In this document: in pieces, positions 62,039 to 64,000 of the stretch
Layout: every line of letters starts with the position of its first letter
Position numbering within the stretch: position 1 is the first letter of the stretch
Source: Emiliania huxleyi CCMP1516
Lineage: Eukaryota
Assembly (NCBI RefSeq): GCF_000372725.1
Contig: NW_005201421.1
Span: 310,001 to 374,000 of the forward strand
Direction: 5' to 3'
DNA: 64,000 bases
The notes under the pieces: generated by a model
The model's database searches: none
What the model was told of the DNA's origin: nothing
Seen by the model: only the letters and a program-made list of their open reading frames with translations
Position numbers and translations under genes: made by a program

Positions 62039-62881
62039 AGGGGCCGCGACTCTGCGGCGCGCCAGCAGGTCGACGTAAAAGGTGTACTCGAAGCTAGCCG
62101 CCGGCACAACCGCGGTTCCGTTGGCCGCGGACGCTCGGCGCGCCTCTGCGCCGCCCGAAGCGCCAGCGGCTGGGCCTGCTCCCGCGCCGAGCACGCCTGC
62201 AGGAAGGTGCCGGGAAGGGTCTCGGAAGGGTGCGTGCCTTTGGCGTCCTCCTGCCGAGCTGCTCTCGCCAAGCTTGTGTGGCTACATCTCGGCTATTCTC
62301 GCCCGGCTTGTGTGGCCGGCTCTCGATCTTGGAGAGGTTGATGTCTCGCACCGCGAAGACGGACATCGCCTTGAAGAGGACGCCCGCCTGCTCTCGCCCG
62401 CGAAGCTGTGACGAGGCGTGTGACGAGGCGCTCTTCACGCCGCTGCAGCCGTGGAGAGGGCAGGTCTTGCGTTCACACCTCGTCGCGGTGGGGTGACGAC
62501 CTCGGCTGCATCTCGGCTATATCTGGAGAGGACAGGTCTTGCGTTCACACCTCGTCGCGGTGCGGTGTGAAGACGACGGACGTCTTGGCGGCGAAGCCGA
62601 GAAGCGCGCCCGGAGGCGGCGCGGCGCGCGAGAGGATGAGGAAGCGCGTGAAGTTGTTCGGGTCGTCCTCGATCCCGTAGTCCAGCACCTCGAGGCCGTG
62701 CACCTGCCATCAGAAGCGGCGGGCGCCCGTCCGAGCGGCGGCGGCGGACGGGCGGCGGCGGCGGACGGGCGGGCGCAAGAGAGCTGGCGCCGGCAAGAGC
62801 AGCGCAGTCCAAGTGTTGCAGTCCGAGTGTTGCAGTCAGAGTGCAGGTGCAGGCAGAGCGCAGTGGTGAGTAGGAGATACA

Positions 62882-62935
<54 letters not shown>

Positions 62936-63495
62936 GCGGCGGCGACAGAGAGAGCTAGAGCGCGCTGGCACGCCTTGGCCGCGTGGATGGAAGCGATCGC
63001 GGCGGTGTCGCGCAGCCCTTGCTGCACCACCAGCTCTGCTGACCCGGCGGTGTCGTACCCGACGAGGGGCGCGATTCCCGCCGTGCGCAGGTACGACTCT
63101 GTCTGTGCAAGCGCCTGCGGGTGGCTCATCGCCTTCTTGATGTCGTTGAGCTGCACACCGGGCAGCGCGAGGAGCGTGTGGCGCACGCGGAGGGTGTACT
63201 CGCCCAGGATGTGCACGGCGCCGTGGAAGCGAAGCAGCAGATCATAGTTGACGTGGATGGAGCCGCCGAGCGTGTTTTCGACCGGGAGAACTGCGTAGTC
63301 TATCGCGCCCTTTGAGAGCGCCACGAAGACGTCCTCGAAAGTGTGGAAGCCGCGAGCTTGTATCTCGTCCACGCCGGCTGCGGCGAAGGCCTCGATGGAC
63401 GCAGACTCACTGTACGCGCCGGGCACGCCCTGGAAGCCGACCGTGGGCTGCGACATGAGCTCCGATATCGAGCTTTTTCTTTTTCTGAGTTCCAT
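58590..63495 (-). CDS. Trifunctional prephenate/arogenate dehydratase-ACT + prephenate/arogenate dehydrogenase (TyrA) + class-I aspartate/prephenate aminotransferase; many exons, spans a gap
   Basis: PDT: FQGVPGAYSE, PVENTLGGS, SHPQALAQ, NFTRF. ACT: LSKIESRP, FEYTFYVD, VLGCYP. TyrA: GIVGFGTFGQFLA, DVLSVK, THPMFGP, HD..AAASQFVTH. Aminotransferase: GEPDF, GAKQ, NPSNPTG, DEIY, GFSKGAAMTGFRLGY, RISYA. Stop at 58590. Confidence 0.9.
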
Positions 63496-63501
63496 CTGTT
63501 G

Positions 63502-63591
63502 CGTGTCGTCTTCATCTGTCTCGCGTCCACCCATACCGCGTTGGTGTCCAGTCCGAGCCTGGCTGTTCTTCACCTTCCTACCTAACCTAAC
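63502..63591 (+). mobile_element. Family-2 element with (CTAAC/CTAC)n tail and 6-bp TSD
   Basis: ctgttg at 63496-63501 and 63592-63597; sequence matches the 3' part of 24583-24750. Confidence 0.8.
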
Positions 63592-64000
63592 CTGTTGAGG
63601 TTCAGGCGTCGTAGGCCGACCCGGCGTATACGCGGGCCGTGTTAATCGCTGGGTTTTGGGCTATCCGGGACCATCCTGCTTCTCGAAGGCCCGGTCAACG
63701 CCGATTTGCTCTGCCCCGCCTGCACGACCCCGCCCCCCAGCGCCCCCCCGCCAAGCGCCTCCGCACCCGCCCCTGCGGCTCGTTCTGCGACGAACACGGC
63801 ACGGGCCACCTGCGACGAGTGTGTGTGGCGCTGGTGGCGAGTGGATTCACTTGTGAATTCCTTTCACCTCTGTGCCGCCGTTCCCCTCACCCTCCTATGG
63901 GGTGCGTTTTCCCCTTCTTTCTCTAAAGGCGCCGGACCTCACGTTATAAAGCTGTACACGCAGCGACCCCAGGTGGGCCCACAGCCTCATCGCTCAGACA

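Noticed and set aside
63496..63573. N-terminal extension MKNSQARTGHQRG of ORF 62836..63573
   Set aside because: It is the antisense read of a family-2 repeat.

Overview
GC-rich eukaryotic draft-genome window with eight N-gaps (16868-16967, 20924-21023, 25691-25790, 27271-27485, 29883-30549, 40229-40328, 42720-42819, 61855-61954). Frequent GC-AG introns, 10-11 bp intronic minisatellites and a nuclear plastid rpl15 with a signal-peptide-type leader suggest a haptophyte alga of the Emiliania/Gephyrocapsa type (inference). About 25 genes or gene relics can be supported: ankyrin protein, MMPL/RND transporter, SAM-TPR protein, Pelle/IRAK-like kinase, tandem C39/ACTMAP-like protease, GLTP, WW protein, glutaredoxin-methyltransferase, rpl15, ankyrin-DHHC, Vta1, RCC1 pseudogene, flavodoxin-like protein, xanthine PRTase-like protein, DnaJ, SohB-like S49 peptidase, CRAL-TRIO fusion and an NHL relic. 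Highlights: (1) one gene fusing prephenate/arogenate dehydratase-ACT, TyrA dehydrogenase and a class-I aspartate/prephenate aminotransferase; (2) many introns that appear to arise from short duplications of AG|GC or AG|GT sites, some amplified into splice-junction tandem arrays; (3) a Helitron/Helentron-like composite element with long inverted arms and a TA-flanked TIR element nested in its end; (4) a divergent lipoxygenase-like relic; (5) four families of short microsatellite-tailed insertions with target-site duplications (TSDs). No rRNA, tRNA or CRISPR array was recognised. Exon boundaries were read by eye and are approximate unless stated.
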